The notes below the pieces were generated by a model. The model was not told where the DNA came from. It made no database searches and was given only the letters and a program-made list of their open reading frames with translations. The position numbers and the translations under genes were made by a program. From a bacterium (GTDB lineage Bacteria; Krumholzibacteriota; Krumholzibacteriia; G020349025): DNA of 64,000 nucleotides. This document shows positions 24,965 to 33,531 of the stretch, one piece after another. Where the stretch lies: assembly GCA_031362565.1 (NCBI GenBank), contig JANLSU010000120.1:96001-160000 (forward strand), written 5' to 3'. Position 1 is the stretch's first letter; every line of letters begins with the position of its first letter.

Positions 24965-27283
24965 ATGTCCACATCTGTTATCGCGGTAAGGCGCTTTCGG
25001 CGTCTCAACGGCGTTGCGGCATTGGTGTTGGTGCTCGCGCTGGGTGCGCTGGCGCTGGCGCCGGCGAGTGCCACCGCTGACTCCGTCACGTTCGGCGCGC
25101 CTTCGCCCGCCGGCGCATGCGTCACGGTGCCCGTCAACATCACGCGGACGGCAGCAACGGCTGCTCGGAGCATCAGCGTGACGATCCAACTGAGCGCCGA
25201 TCTAGTCCTTTGTTCGCCGACGCCAACGGTGAGTATCACGCGCGGTACTTGGCTCGACGGTTTCGGGTCGGGTGTTCCGTTCTACTTCGTCCTCGACCAG
25301 GGCGCTGGAAAGTATCAAATCGATCAGAGTGTCGCCGGCACACCGTGCGGTCCCACCGGCAACGGAACTCTGTTCAACGTGTCGGTGAAAGCGGCTTCTG
25401 GCGCCGTTACCTCCGGAACGATCTCGATTCTTTCGACGCCGAGCGCCGTCGACTGCACCGGTGGTGGGTTCACTCCGAGCGCCGGCAGCCCAGTCACGCT
25501 CACCTTCCCCAGCGGTGCACTCGGCCCGATTACCGGCTTCACCGCGACGCGGGTCCCAACGGGCAATGACGCCGATGGCACGGCGAAAACCCGGTTCGAA
25601 TTCACGCTACCAGCCGGGGCGACAGCAGCGGAAATCTATGCGGCGCCGTTCGGCAACTATCCCGAGTTCGACGATCCAACCTCGACCGGTCCGGTGCGCA
25701 AGATCAACTTCCAGCCCAGCGCTACGACGGTTCCGGTCGGCTTCGAGGGTGATTTTGGTCTCGTTTACACTGCGGCGCGCGGCTATGGCTGGAACGCACC
25801 GGTTCCGACGACCAACCGCAATCTCAATCCGGGCAACCCCAACGATACCTTCGCATTCGCCTTCAACTCCGATCCGGCCGCCACTTGGGAGATCGATGTG
25901 GCTCCCGGCTCGGTACACCAGGTGCGTGTCGTGTGCGGCGATCCTAGCAATCAGCAGCGCGCCAACGTGGTCGTCGAGGGAGTCACTTTCCTCACCAACA
26001 TCCTCACGAATGGCGGCGTTTACACGGAAGCGACGCATTCTGTAACAGTCGCCGACGGCAAACTGACAGTGCAAATCGGCGGGGCTGCTGGGGGATCGCC
26101 ACCGTTGTCGCACACCAAGATCGACTTCATCGAGGTTGGCGGCGTTGCGACCGGTCCCGGTGGATCCCTGCCACCGGTTGTGGGTTCGTTTCCGCCGCCC
26201 GCGCGCTACACGCTGCTTGGCACACCGGCGACATCGCCCGCGTTCCTCGAGTCGACGGTTCGCGACTACTATTCCTTCGTTGCCTTCGCCGTCAGCGGTG
26301 GGACGCGTTCGGCACCGGTGGCTACAGCGAGCGGTCTGCTGAACTACCACTTGGGGGATGTCTACCCGGCGTGCTCCGGAGACAACGTCATCGACGTTCA
26401 TGATTTGAGTTTGTTCGCAGCGAACTACGGGTTGACCATTCCGAATGGCGACTCGCGTGGGTGTCTCGACTTCTGCCCGGTCGGCACTACCGATCCGAGC
26501 AAGGGCCTCTCCCAGACCGACAATGTGATCGACTTTCAGGACCTGAACTGTCTTGCCACGAACTACGGTGCCGTGTCGAAGGCCGTGATCCGGCCACTGC
26601 CCATGTCCACGAACTTGCTTTCGTTGGAAGCGGTCGAGCAGGATGGCGTGCATCTCGTGCGCGCGGATGTCCGCATGCAGGGCGATGGAACGGTCCGAAC
26701 CGCATCAGTGAAACTGGCGTGGAACGGGCGCGTAGTCGAGCCGATCGATGTCGCGATCGGCGATTTTCTCGACGCGCAAGGTGGCATCGCGTTGCAGCCG
26801 TGTCCCGGAAGTGTGGACTTCGCGATACTCGGGACCGCGGAAGTGGGGTTCTTGGGGGATGGACTCGCGGCGAGCGTCCGGTTTCGACGGCTGACGCCGG
26901 GTGACCCGGGCCTCGCAATCGAACAGGTTCGGGCGATCGATCTTCAGGGCGCTACTGCAGCCGTCCAGATTGCGGTGGGTCGCGATCAATCGACCGCACC
27001 ACGACCCCGCACGGCGCTGGTTGGAAACATCCCGAATCCGTTCAATCCTTCGACAAAGATTTCGTTCTCTGTCGCCGCTCGCGAGACCGTACGAATTTCG
27101 ATTTACGGGCTCGATGGGCGTTTGGTGAAACATCTCGTGCATGGCGAACTCGACGCTGGCTCGCACGAGGTCACTTGGGACGGCGCGGACGATCGCGGCG
27201 CTCGCGTCGCATCCGGCGTGTACTACGCCCGGCTTGCGACCCAGGAAGGTACTTTGTCGCGGCCGCTCGTACTCGTCAAGTAA
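24965..27283 (+). CDS. Secreted modular protein: cohesin-like, galactose-binding/CBM-like, dockerin-like, cohesin-like and FlgD-Ig/T9SS-type tail
   Basis: Signal peptide; VTVPVNI...GNGTLFNVSVK; KINFQP...ARGYGW...VADGKLTV...KIDFIEV; duplicated DNVIDxxDL...NYG; PNPFNPSTKISF...WDG.DD.G..VASGVYY. Confidence 0.8.
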   Translation: MSTSVIAVRRFRRLNGVAALVLVLALGALALAPASATADSVTFGAPSPAGACVTVPVNITRTAATAARSISVTIQLSADLVLCSPTPTVSITRGTWLDGFGSGVPFYFVLDQGAGKYQIDQSVAGTPCGPTGNGTLFNVSVKAASGAVTSGTISILSTPSAVDCTGGGFTPSAGSPVTLTFPSGALGPITGFTATRVPTGNDADGTAKTRFEFTLPAGATAAEIYAAPFGNYPEFDDPTSTGPVRKINFQPSATTVPVGFEGDFGLVYTAARGYGWNAPVPTTNRNLNPGNPNDTFAFAFNSDPAATWEIDVAPGSVHQVRVVCGDPSNQQRANVVVEGVTFLTNILTNGGVYTEATHSVTVADGKLTVQIGGAAGGSPPLSHTKIDFIEVGGVATGPGGSLPPVVGSFPPPARYTLLGTPATSPAFLESTVRDYYSFVAFAVSGGTRSAPVATASGLLNYHLGDVYPACSGDNVIDVHDLSLFAANYGLTIPNGDSRGCLDFCPVGTTDPSKGLSQTDNVIDFQDLNCLATNYGAVSKAVIRPLPMSTNLLSLEAVEQDGVHLVRADVRMQGDGTVRTASVKLAWNGRVVEPIDVAIGDFLDAQGGIALQPCPGSVDFAILGTAEVGFLGDGLAASVRFRRLTPGDPGLAIEQVRAIDLQGATAAVQIAVGRDQSTAPRPRTALVGNIPNPFNPSTKISFSVAARETVRISIYGLDGRLVKHLVHGELDAGSHEVTWDGADDRGARVASGVYYARLATQEGTLSRPLVLVK

Positions 27284-27405
27284 TGGCGGCGGGCGCCTGG
27301 TGGAGTGCCCGCGTACGACACCTGGACGATCGGATGGGCTCGCCCGGCGGGCGAGCCCATCTTCGCCCGTCTCGAGGTCACGGTTCGTTCATCCAGGAGG
27401 CGGTA

Positions 27406-28208
27406 TGAACCATAGACGGAGGGCATTCGTCGTCCTGATGTTGACGGCGGCGCTCGTATCGACCGCTCGCGCCGGCGTCCATGTGGCGCTGCTGCCGAGC
27501 GTCACACACGTGAACCTCGGAGCCGACTTTCAGGTTGTACTACAAATCACCGAGGCCGGGTCTCTCTTCAACGCGTATGCAGCCGCGATCGCCTACGACC
27601 CTTCGGCCATCACCTTCGTGCAGGAGCCACTGTCGTCTCAGGAGGGCGCCTACATGCACGACGCTTGCGGCAACACCTTTCAGACGTTCCATGCGACAAG
27701 CGCCCAGCTGACGATCGAGCACGTGATTATTTGTACCGGGATGGCACTGTCCGGTCCCGGTAATCTTTACGTGCTGCACTTCCGAGCCGGGAGCCGCGCC
27801 CGATTGGCGAACATCGCGTTCGCCTCGGTGCAATTCCTCAATGGTGGCGGCCCGGTTCCCCTGTCGTCGAGTACCGGCGCTTCGGTCATGATCGGTTCAC
27901 CCACGGATTCGGCAGAGCCGTTCGGTGCGGGTCTCGGGATGACGCTGGTCGCCTCACCCAATCCATTCGTGTCGCAGACCATCCTCGCGGTTCGCGGTGC
28001 CGATGCCGCGGCCGCCGCGATTGATATCCACGACTCGCGCGGCCGGCTCGTGCGCGTGCTCGAGGTAGTTTCGTCCAACACCGGCGCGCATTCGCTGTCG
28101 TGGGACGGATGCGATTCCGGCGGCGCCCGGCTTGCGGCAGGCGTCTACTGGGCCACACTGCACGGTCGAACGTCCGCAATCACGCGCCGGCTGGTGCTAC
28201 TGCGCTGA
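27406..28208 (+). CDS. Secreted cohesin-like domain protein with FlgD-Ig/T9SS-type tail
   Basis: AGGAGG RBS; signal peptide; G.DFQVVL.I...IAYDPSAITFV...EG...G.LYVLHFRA; PNPF...WDG...AGVYW. Confidence 0.8.
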
Positions 28209-28481
28209 CATGATTCGTCGCTCGTACGCTGGTCCCTCCTCCAGCAAAACTCCTGACAACATTGCGTCGCATCGCGCGTTTCCAGACGCCGTTTGAGTCG
28301 GCTGACGCGTATCGCGCCCGCGCCGCGGTGATGCTGCGTGTTGTTCCGGACACCGGCGGCGTGCCACCGGCCTTTGCTTGCCATGCAGCCGCCGCTCGTG
28401 ATACCGGTCTCATCCGCGCGTTTCCCATGAGCGCCGCGATTGCTGCGTTTTGAACCGTCGGGCCTGGGTTGTGGAGGGAAG

Positions 28482-29297
28482 ATGAGACCGGTTCTTCGAA
28501 CGATCTGCATGTTATCGCTATTCGTCTGCTGCATTGTCCCGATGCTTGCCGGCCGCGCCGCGGCTGCCATCGACGCGACACTTGTCCCAAGTGCGAGCAC
28601 CGTGCACGCGGGAACCGAATTCGAAGTTCGTATTCACGTCACGAATCCTGGTGTCGAGTTCAACACCTACGAGGCATACATCGGCTACGACCCTGCGTTC
28701 CTGACCTTCGTTCCGTCGTCGCCACTCTCCCTGCAGGAGGGTGCGTACATGACCACGGCGTGCGGCAACACGTTCCACCTTTTCCAGCCGTCGGCAACAG
28801 TGTTGCACATCACCCACTCGCTTCTGTGCGCGAATCAGTTTCTGGTGACCGGCGGAGATGTCTATATTCTCCATTTTCAAGCCAAAGCCCTGGCCGGCAA
28901 CACCCAGATCACGTTCAACCAGATACAATTTCTACGCGGCGGTAACCCAGCCACCGCCGGAACATTGACGAACGCCACGGTCCAGATCTCGAGCCCGACG
29001 GATGCCGGCGTGCCGACCGCAACCCACCTGCGGGTGCGAGTGACTCCGAACCCTTTCAATCCAACCGCCGTCGTCACGATCGAATCGGCGCAGGCTGGGT
29101 TCCAGCGCGTGCTCGTACACGACATGCGGGGACGCTTGCTCGCAACCCTCGGCTCGGGGGACTTCCCGGCCGGTACGCGACGCGTCATCTGGTCCGGGCA
29201 GAACGCGAGCGGCCAGCACCTGCCCTCGGGAGCATACGTTCTGTCGGTGCAGACCCCGAACGAGACCCGCTCGCAGCGCGTGTTCTTGATCAAGTAG
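28482..29297 (+). CDS. Secreted cohesin-like domain protein with FlgD-Ig/T9SS-type tail (paralog of 27406-28208)
   Basis: Shares YDP..TFV, QEGAYM..ACGNTF and Y.LHF.A with the neighbouring gene. Tail PNPFNPT...PSGAY. Confidence 0.8.
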   Translation: MRPVLRTICMLSLFVCCIVPMLAGRAAAAIDATLVPSASTVHAGTEFEVRIHVTNPGVEFNTYEAYIGYDPAFLTFVPSSPLSLQEGAYMTTACGNTFHLFQPSATVLHITHSLLCANQFLVTGGDVYILHFQAKALAGNTQITFNQIQFLRGGNPATAGTLTNATVQISSPTDAGVPTATHLRVRVTPNPFNPTAVVTIESAQAGFQRVLVHDMRGRLLATLGSGDFPAGTRRVIWSGQNASGQHLPSGAYVLSVQTPNETRSQRVFLIK

Positions 29298-29327
29298 GAG
29301 AATCAGGCGCCGCGCGGCGCATCAGGC

Positions 29328-31178
29328 TCAGTGCCGCGCGGCGACCTCGAAGACTTGGACGGCGCCGAATCGCGCCACTGGAACGAGCCGGCCTGCCTGT
29401 TGCCATTCCGCGAGCCGCTTTCGCGGCAGCAAGGTGCTTCGATCCGGCACGACGATCCAGCGAACGCCTTTATAGGTCACGGGGTCGGAGGGAGTCTGAA
29501 CTGCGATCACCCGCCGGCGCTGGACCCACTCGGGCGGAAAGCCAAAACCCTCGGTCGCCCCGTCGATTTGCAGTTCCGGCAAACCTCCGAGTTGCGCGTA
29601 CCGCGGTGCGACTTCGGGTGGGCTGAAGACGATTTCTCCGGCGCGAATGTGCTGGCGCAACCATGAGATCGTGGCGGCATGGTCGGCGTCGACGGGCGGC
29701 GGCGATGGGAAGAAGAACACCGGCAGGTTCTTGGCAGGGTGCGCGAGACAGGCAAGAAAACCCGCCCCCGGCACGGCCACGCCGGCGAGCAACAAGGCGG
29801 CTAGCGGCAATGCCAAGACACGGCGGCGCGCCGCAACGAGTTGCGCCAAAGCGACGCCCGAAGCCATTCCCAGAGCGAGCGCCGCAACCGTTCCGAACTT
29901 GCTGATGTCCCACGAATGCTCGTACTTCATCGCATTCACAACCACGATGCTGCCAGATGCGAGGCAAGCCAGCACCAACCCCCAGGCGGTGCTCCGGCGC
30001 AAGAGCAACACGATCCCAATGATTCCGAGCGGCAACGCGAAGCCCAAAGACGCTAGATCCCACAGCAGATTCGTCGCCACCCGGCCCGTTTGACTCCAAG
30101 GAGAAAACTTCAGGCCGTAACTCACTTCGGGGACCGATGCAAAGAACCCTCCGAGCCGGCTCGCGACGCCAACCGAGACGACCATCAGGCCACCCCACGC
30201 GACGGCGGTGCGCCACGCGGCCCGCGCGTTGCTCGCGACCTGTACAACTCCGAGCGCGGCGAGAAGTGTGCAGAACAACACGAAATGACAGATCGATAAA
30301 CAGAGAAACAAGACCAACAGAACACTAAAGCGCCACTTGGAAGCACCCGGCTGGCGATCGAGCCCGAGTCCCAGGATCGTGAGCGTCAGCGGAATGCCGA
30401 TCGACCACGGATGTTGGAAAAAATACGACACGATGGACGGGTTCAGTACCGCGCGGTCGACCGTCACGAGACCGAACCAGCGATGCAGGCCGGCGGGTGC
30501 GCCGTACGGCTCACCGAGCAGCGCGAAGGGCCCGTTCAGCAACAATGTGATCGGCAGGATCCACCCGCGTCCTGCGCCGCAGAGCCGCTCGCCCAAGCCC
30601 CACCCCAAGCACCAGGCGTAGAACCAGCCGGCGGCCGTAACGGCGTCGATCGATCGCTCGACCGACAAACGCGTCAGCGTGCTGACCAACGCGACGAGAA
30701 GGTCGAACCCGTAGTGGTAACGCAACAGGCAGTCGGCGAATTGGCCATGCCGCGGCGGATAGATTCCATTTTGGATCTGCGATGCAAACGCCTGGTGGCC
30801 CGAGATCCAAAGCTCGTCGTGGAACGCAAACCGGAACGCCGCGGGGAGGAACAAGAGGAGTGCAGCGCAGGCCGGCAGCCACATGGCGAGAGGCAAGCGA
30901 GCATCGTGGTCTCGAGGCCGCCGGCGGTCGAACCAGAGGAGGATCCCAGCCGCGGTCCCAACCGCGAGTGTCCCCGCCCACATGCCGCGCGTGAAGGAGT
31001 GCGTCACGAGCCCGATGACATGAACGCCGAGGAGCCACAGCGCCACGGCGATCGCCGGTGCGGCCACGCGCCCAAAGATCGGGTCGAGCGTCACCCGCCG
31101 TGCAACCGGCCGTGCGGCTGCAAAGATCACCACTACAAAGGGAATGAGAACGACGGCGGCCGGCGATTGCGGCGACAT
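29328..31178 (-). CDS. Polytopic membrane protein (possible GT-C-fold glycosyltransferase-like)
   Basis: More than 10 hydrophobic segments, a loop motif FHDELWISGH...YPP...LRYHYGFD, and a soluble C-terminal domain. Confidence 0.6.
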   Translation of the reverse strand: MSPQSPAAVVLIPFVVVIFAAARPVARRVTLDPIFGRVAAPAIAVALWLLGVHVIGLVTHSFTRGMWAGTLAVGTAAGILLWFDRRRPRDHDARLPLAMWLPACAALLLFLPAAFRFAFHDELWISGHQAFASQIQNGIYPPRHGQFADCLLRYHYGFDLLVALVSTLTRLSVERSIDAVTAAGWFYAWCLGWGLGERLCGAGRGWILPITLLLNGPFALLGEPYGAPAGLHRWFGLVTVDRAVLNPSIVSYFFQHPWSIGIPLTLTILGLGLDRQPGASKWRFSVLLVLFLCLSICHFVLFCTLLAALGVVQVASNARAAWRTAVAWGGLMVVSVGVASRLGGFFASVPEVSYGLKFSPWSQTGRVATNLLWDLASLGFALPLGIIGIVLLLRRSTAWGLVLACLASGSIVVVNAMKYEHSWDISKFGTVAALALGMASGVALAQLVAARRRVLALPLAALLLAGVAVPGAGFLACLAHPAKNLPVFFFPSPPPVDADHAATISWLRQHIRAGEIVFSPPEVAPRYAQLGGLPELQIDGATEGFGFPPEWVQRRRVIAVQTPSDPVTYKGVRWIVVPDRSTLLPRKRLAEWQQAGRLVPVARFGAVQVFEVAARH

Positions 31179-31183
31179 GACGT

Positions 31184-32017
31184 TCACGATTTGCCGGCCC
31201 GGCAATCGAAACACGCGAATGGAATCGTGAGGGTGATCTCGCCGCGTTGGGCGGCGATCGCATCCAGCTTGGTCTCGAGCCCAGCAAGGAATGCGGCGGC
31301 ATCGGCCGCCGGCACGATGCTTTGCCAACCGGGCAGGAATGCGAGGCGGATGAAATGATGGCTGAGGAGCGCATTGCCACTCGCATAGCGCATGGGAAAC
31401 GCCCGCTCGACGACGTTCGAGATGCGGAAACCCGCCGCGACGAGCCGCGCTTCGGTCTCGGCGCGCGGCAATCGCTTCGAGGCAATCTGCGCCTGCACGG
31501 CCGGCACCAGTGCCCCGCGCCCCGTCTCCTGCAGCAACTCGAGCATCGCCGCGTAGAGTTCGTGCATCGTGTCAGGTAGGTTCATGGTCAACACGAACTG
31601 CGCGCCCCGACGGCTCACGCGCCGGCACTCGGCGAGCGCCCGCGGTTGGTCTTGTACGTTGTTGAGGCCGTTGTTCGACACAATGAGATCGAAGGTTGCA
31701 TCGGCGAACGGCAGGTGTTCGGCGACACCTTCGGCCACTTCGACGTTGGTGACACCATATTGGCGGATCTTCTCGTGGATGCGATCCAGTGCCTCACCCC
31801 ATGGATCGACCCCGTAGACCCGCGCCTGCGGCCCCAATCGCTCTGCAAGTTCGAGAAGGGGGAATCCGGTTCCACAGCCGAAGTCGAGAGCCACGGTGCG
31901 GGGGCGCATTTCAACGGCTTCGAGAAGCGCGAGTCCGAAGGGCGCCGACCAAAGCGGCAGCTCGTCGAACACCGCGACGACTTCCGGATCCTGCCACGGT
32001 TCCCGGTGTTGCAGCAC
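31184..32017 (-). CDS. Class I SAM-dependent methyltransferase
   Basis: LDFGCGTG, GVDPW and AEHLPFADATFDLIVSN motifs. Confidence 0.92.
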   Translation of the reverse strand: MLQHREPWQDPEVVAVFDELPLWSAPFGLALLEAVEMRPRTVALDFGCGTGFPLLELAERLGPQARVYGVDPWGEALDRIHEKIRQYGVTNVEVAEGVAEHLPFADATFDLIVSNNGLNNVQDQPRALAECRRVSRRGAQFVLTMNLPDTMHELYAAMLELLQETGRGALVPAVQAQIASKRLPRAETEARLVAAGFRISNVVERAFPMRYASGNALLSHHFIRLAFLPGWQSIVPAADAAAFLAGLETKLDAIAAQRGEITLTIPFACFDCRAGKS

Positions 32018-32031
32018 GGCCGGCCTCCCCC

Positions 32032-32598
32032 TCAGGGTGCGAGTTCGTCCTCGCTGTCGTCCTCGGCGTCGACATGGTGGCGGTATTCCTTGAGATAGGT
32101 GAGCGTCGTCAGGTCCGCCATACGATCCAAGTACACCTTACCGCCCAAGTGATCCGTCTCGTGCTGAACAACGGCCGCCAAATAGCCCTGCGCCGTGAAC
32201 CGAAACGGATTACCGTCGCGGTCGAGTGCCTCGATTTCCAGCTCTTTGATCCGCGGCACCTTGCCGCGCAGCCCGGGCACGCTCAAGCAGCCCTCCCAGT
32301 GCACGAACTTGCGCTCGACTTTGAAACGCACGACGGGGTTCACGAGCGTGAACACCCGGCGCGCGACCGCCGGCACTTTGTCATCGTCGCCCAGCAACTC
32401 GCCGTTGATCACCGCGAGCTGCTTCGACACGTGGACTTGCGGCCCGGCCAGCCCGACACCGTCGTACTCGCGCATCGTTTCGATCATGTCGTCGATGAGG
32501 CGCTGCATTTCAGCCGATCCAAGCTGCGCTGGATCGATCTTGGCGGACGTTTTCCGCAACACCGGATGGCCCAAGTGAGAGACCTTGAGAATCGCCAA
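32032..32598 (-). CDS. def: Peptide deformylase
   Basis: GVGLAGPQ, EGCLS and QHETDHL motifs. Confidence 0.96.
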   Translation of the reverse strand: MAILKVSHLGHPVLRKTSAKIDPAQLGSAEMQRLIDDMIETMREYDGVGLAGPQVHVSKQLAVINGELLGDDDKVPAVARRVFTLVNPVVRFKVERKFVHWEGCLSVPGLRGKVPRIKELEIEALDRDGNPFRFTAQGYLAAVVQHETDHLGGKVYLDRMADLTTLTYLKEYRHHVDAEDDSEDELAP

Positions 32599-32615
32599 TG
32601 CCGTCCCCTTCGTGG

Positions 32616-33476
32616 TCAGCCGCGCCGCAGCGCGGCGGGCATTGTACGCGCGATTTCCTCGAGCCGTGCAACCCGCTCGTCGGTGCTCGGGTGGGTCGAG
32701 AAGAGACCCGCGATCCCGCCACGCAACGGATTGACGATGAACTGGTGCGCCGTCGCTTCGGTCGCCATGGCCATCGGTGCCGCGATCACGCCGCGTTCGA
32801 GCTTGCGAAGTGCCGAGGCGAGCGCCAGCGGTTTGCCCGAAAGCTCGGCGCCAGACCGGTCCGCCGCGAACTCGCGCGTCCGCGACACACCCATCTGGAC
32901 GAGCATCGCCGCCAAAGGCGCCGCGACGATCGCGATCAGCATCATGATCGGGCTGCCGCCGCGATCCCCGCCGCGCCGGCCGCGCCCGCCAAACATGGCG
33001 CTCCGCGACATCATCGTGATCGCCCCCGCCAGCGTTGCGACAATACAGCTCGTGAGGGTGTCGCGATTGCGCACGTGCGCCAGCTCGTGGGCGAGCACCG
33101 CCTCCAGTTCCTCACGCGTCAACATCCGCAGGATGCCTTGCGTGACGGCGACGGCCGCGTGCTGCGGATCACGCCCGGTGGCGAAGGCGTTCGGGGATTC
33201 ACTCGGCACCAAATAGACGGCCGGCATCGGCAGGCCGGCGTGTTGCGTGAGGCCGCGGACCGTGTCGTACAGCTCCGGCGCCTGCGCCTCGGTCACGGGC
33301 TGCGCCTGGTACATGCGCAGCACGGCTTTGTCCGAGAACCAGTAGGCGAAGAAGTTCATCCCCGCCGCGAAGAGGAGAAACAGCCACATTCCTTGCCGGC
33401 CGGCGACGAGATCGCCGACCCAGACGAGGAGCGCGGTCATCAATGCCATGAGGAACGTGGTCTTGATTACATTCAT
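32616..33476 (-). CDS. htpX: Zinc metalloprotease HtpX (M48)
   Basis: PNAFATGRDP, AHELAHV, SRTREFAAD and FSTHP motifs. Confidence 0.95.
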   Translation of the reverse strand: MNVIKTTFLMALMTALLVWVGDLVAGRQGMWLFLLFAAGMNFFAYWFSDKAVLRMYQAQPVTEAQAPELYDTVRGLTQHAGLPMPAVYLVPSESPNAFATGRDPQHAAVAVTQGILRMLTREELEAVLAHELAHVRNRDTLTSCIVATLAGAITMMSRSAMFGGRGRRGGDRGGSPIMMLIAIVAAPLAAMLVQMGVSRTREFAADRSGAELSGKPLALASALRKLERGVIAAPMAMATEATAHQFIVNPLRGGIAGLFSTHPSTDERVARLEEIARTMPAALRRG

Positions 33477-33531
33477 GCGTGCAGTATCGACGATGCCCTG
33501 GCGGCACACAAGCCAGGCCGGGGAGCCACCG

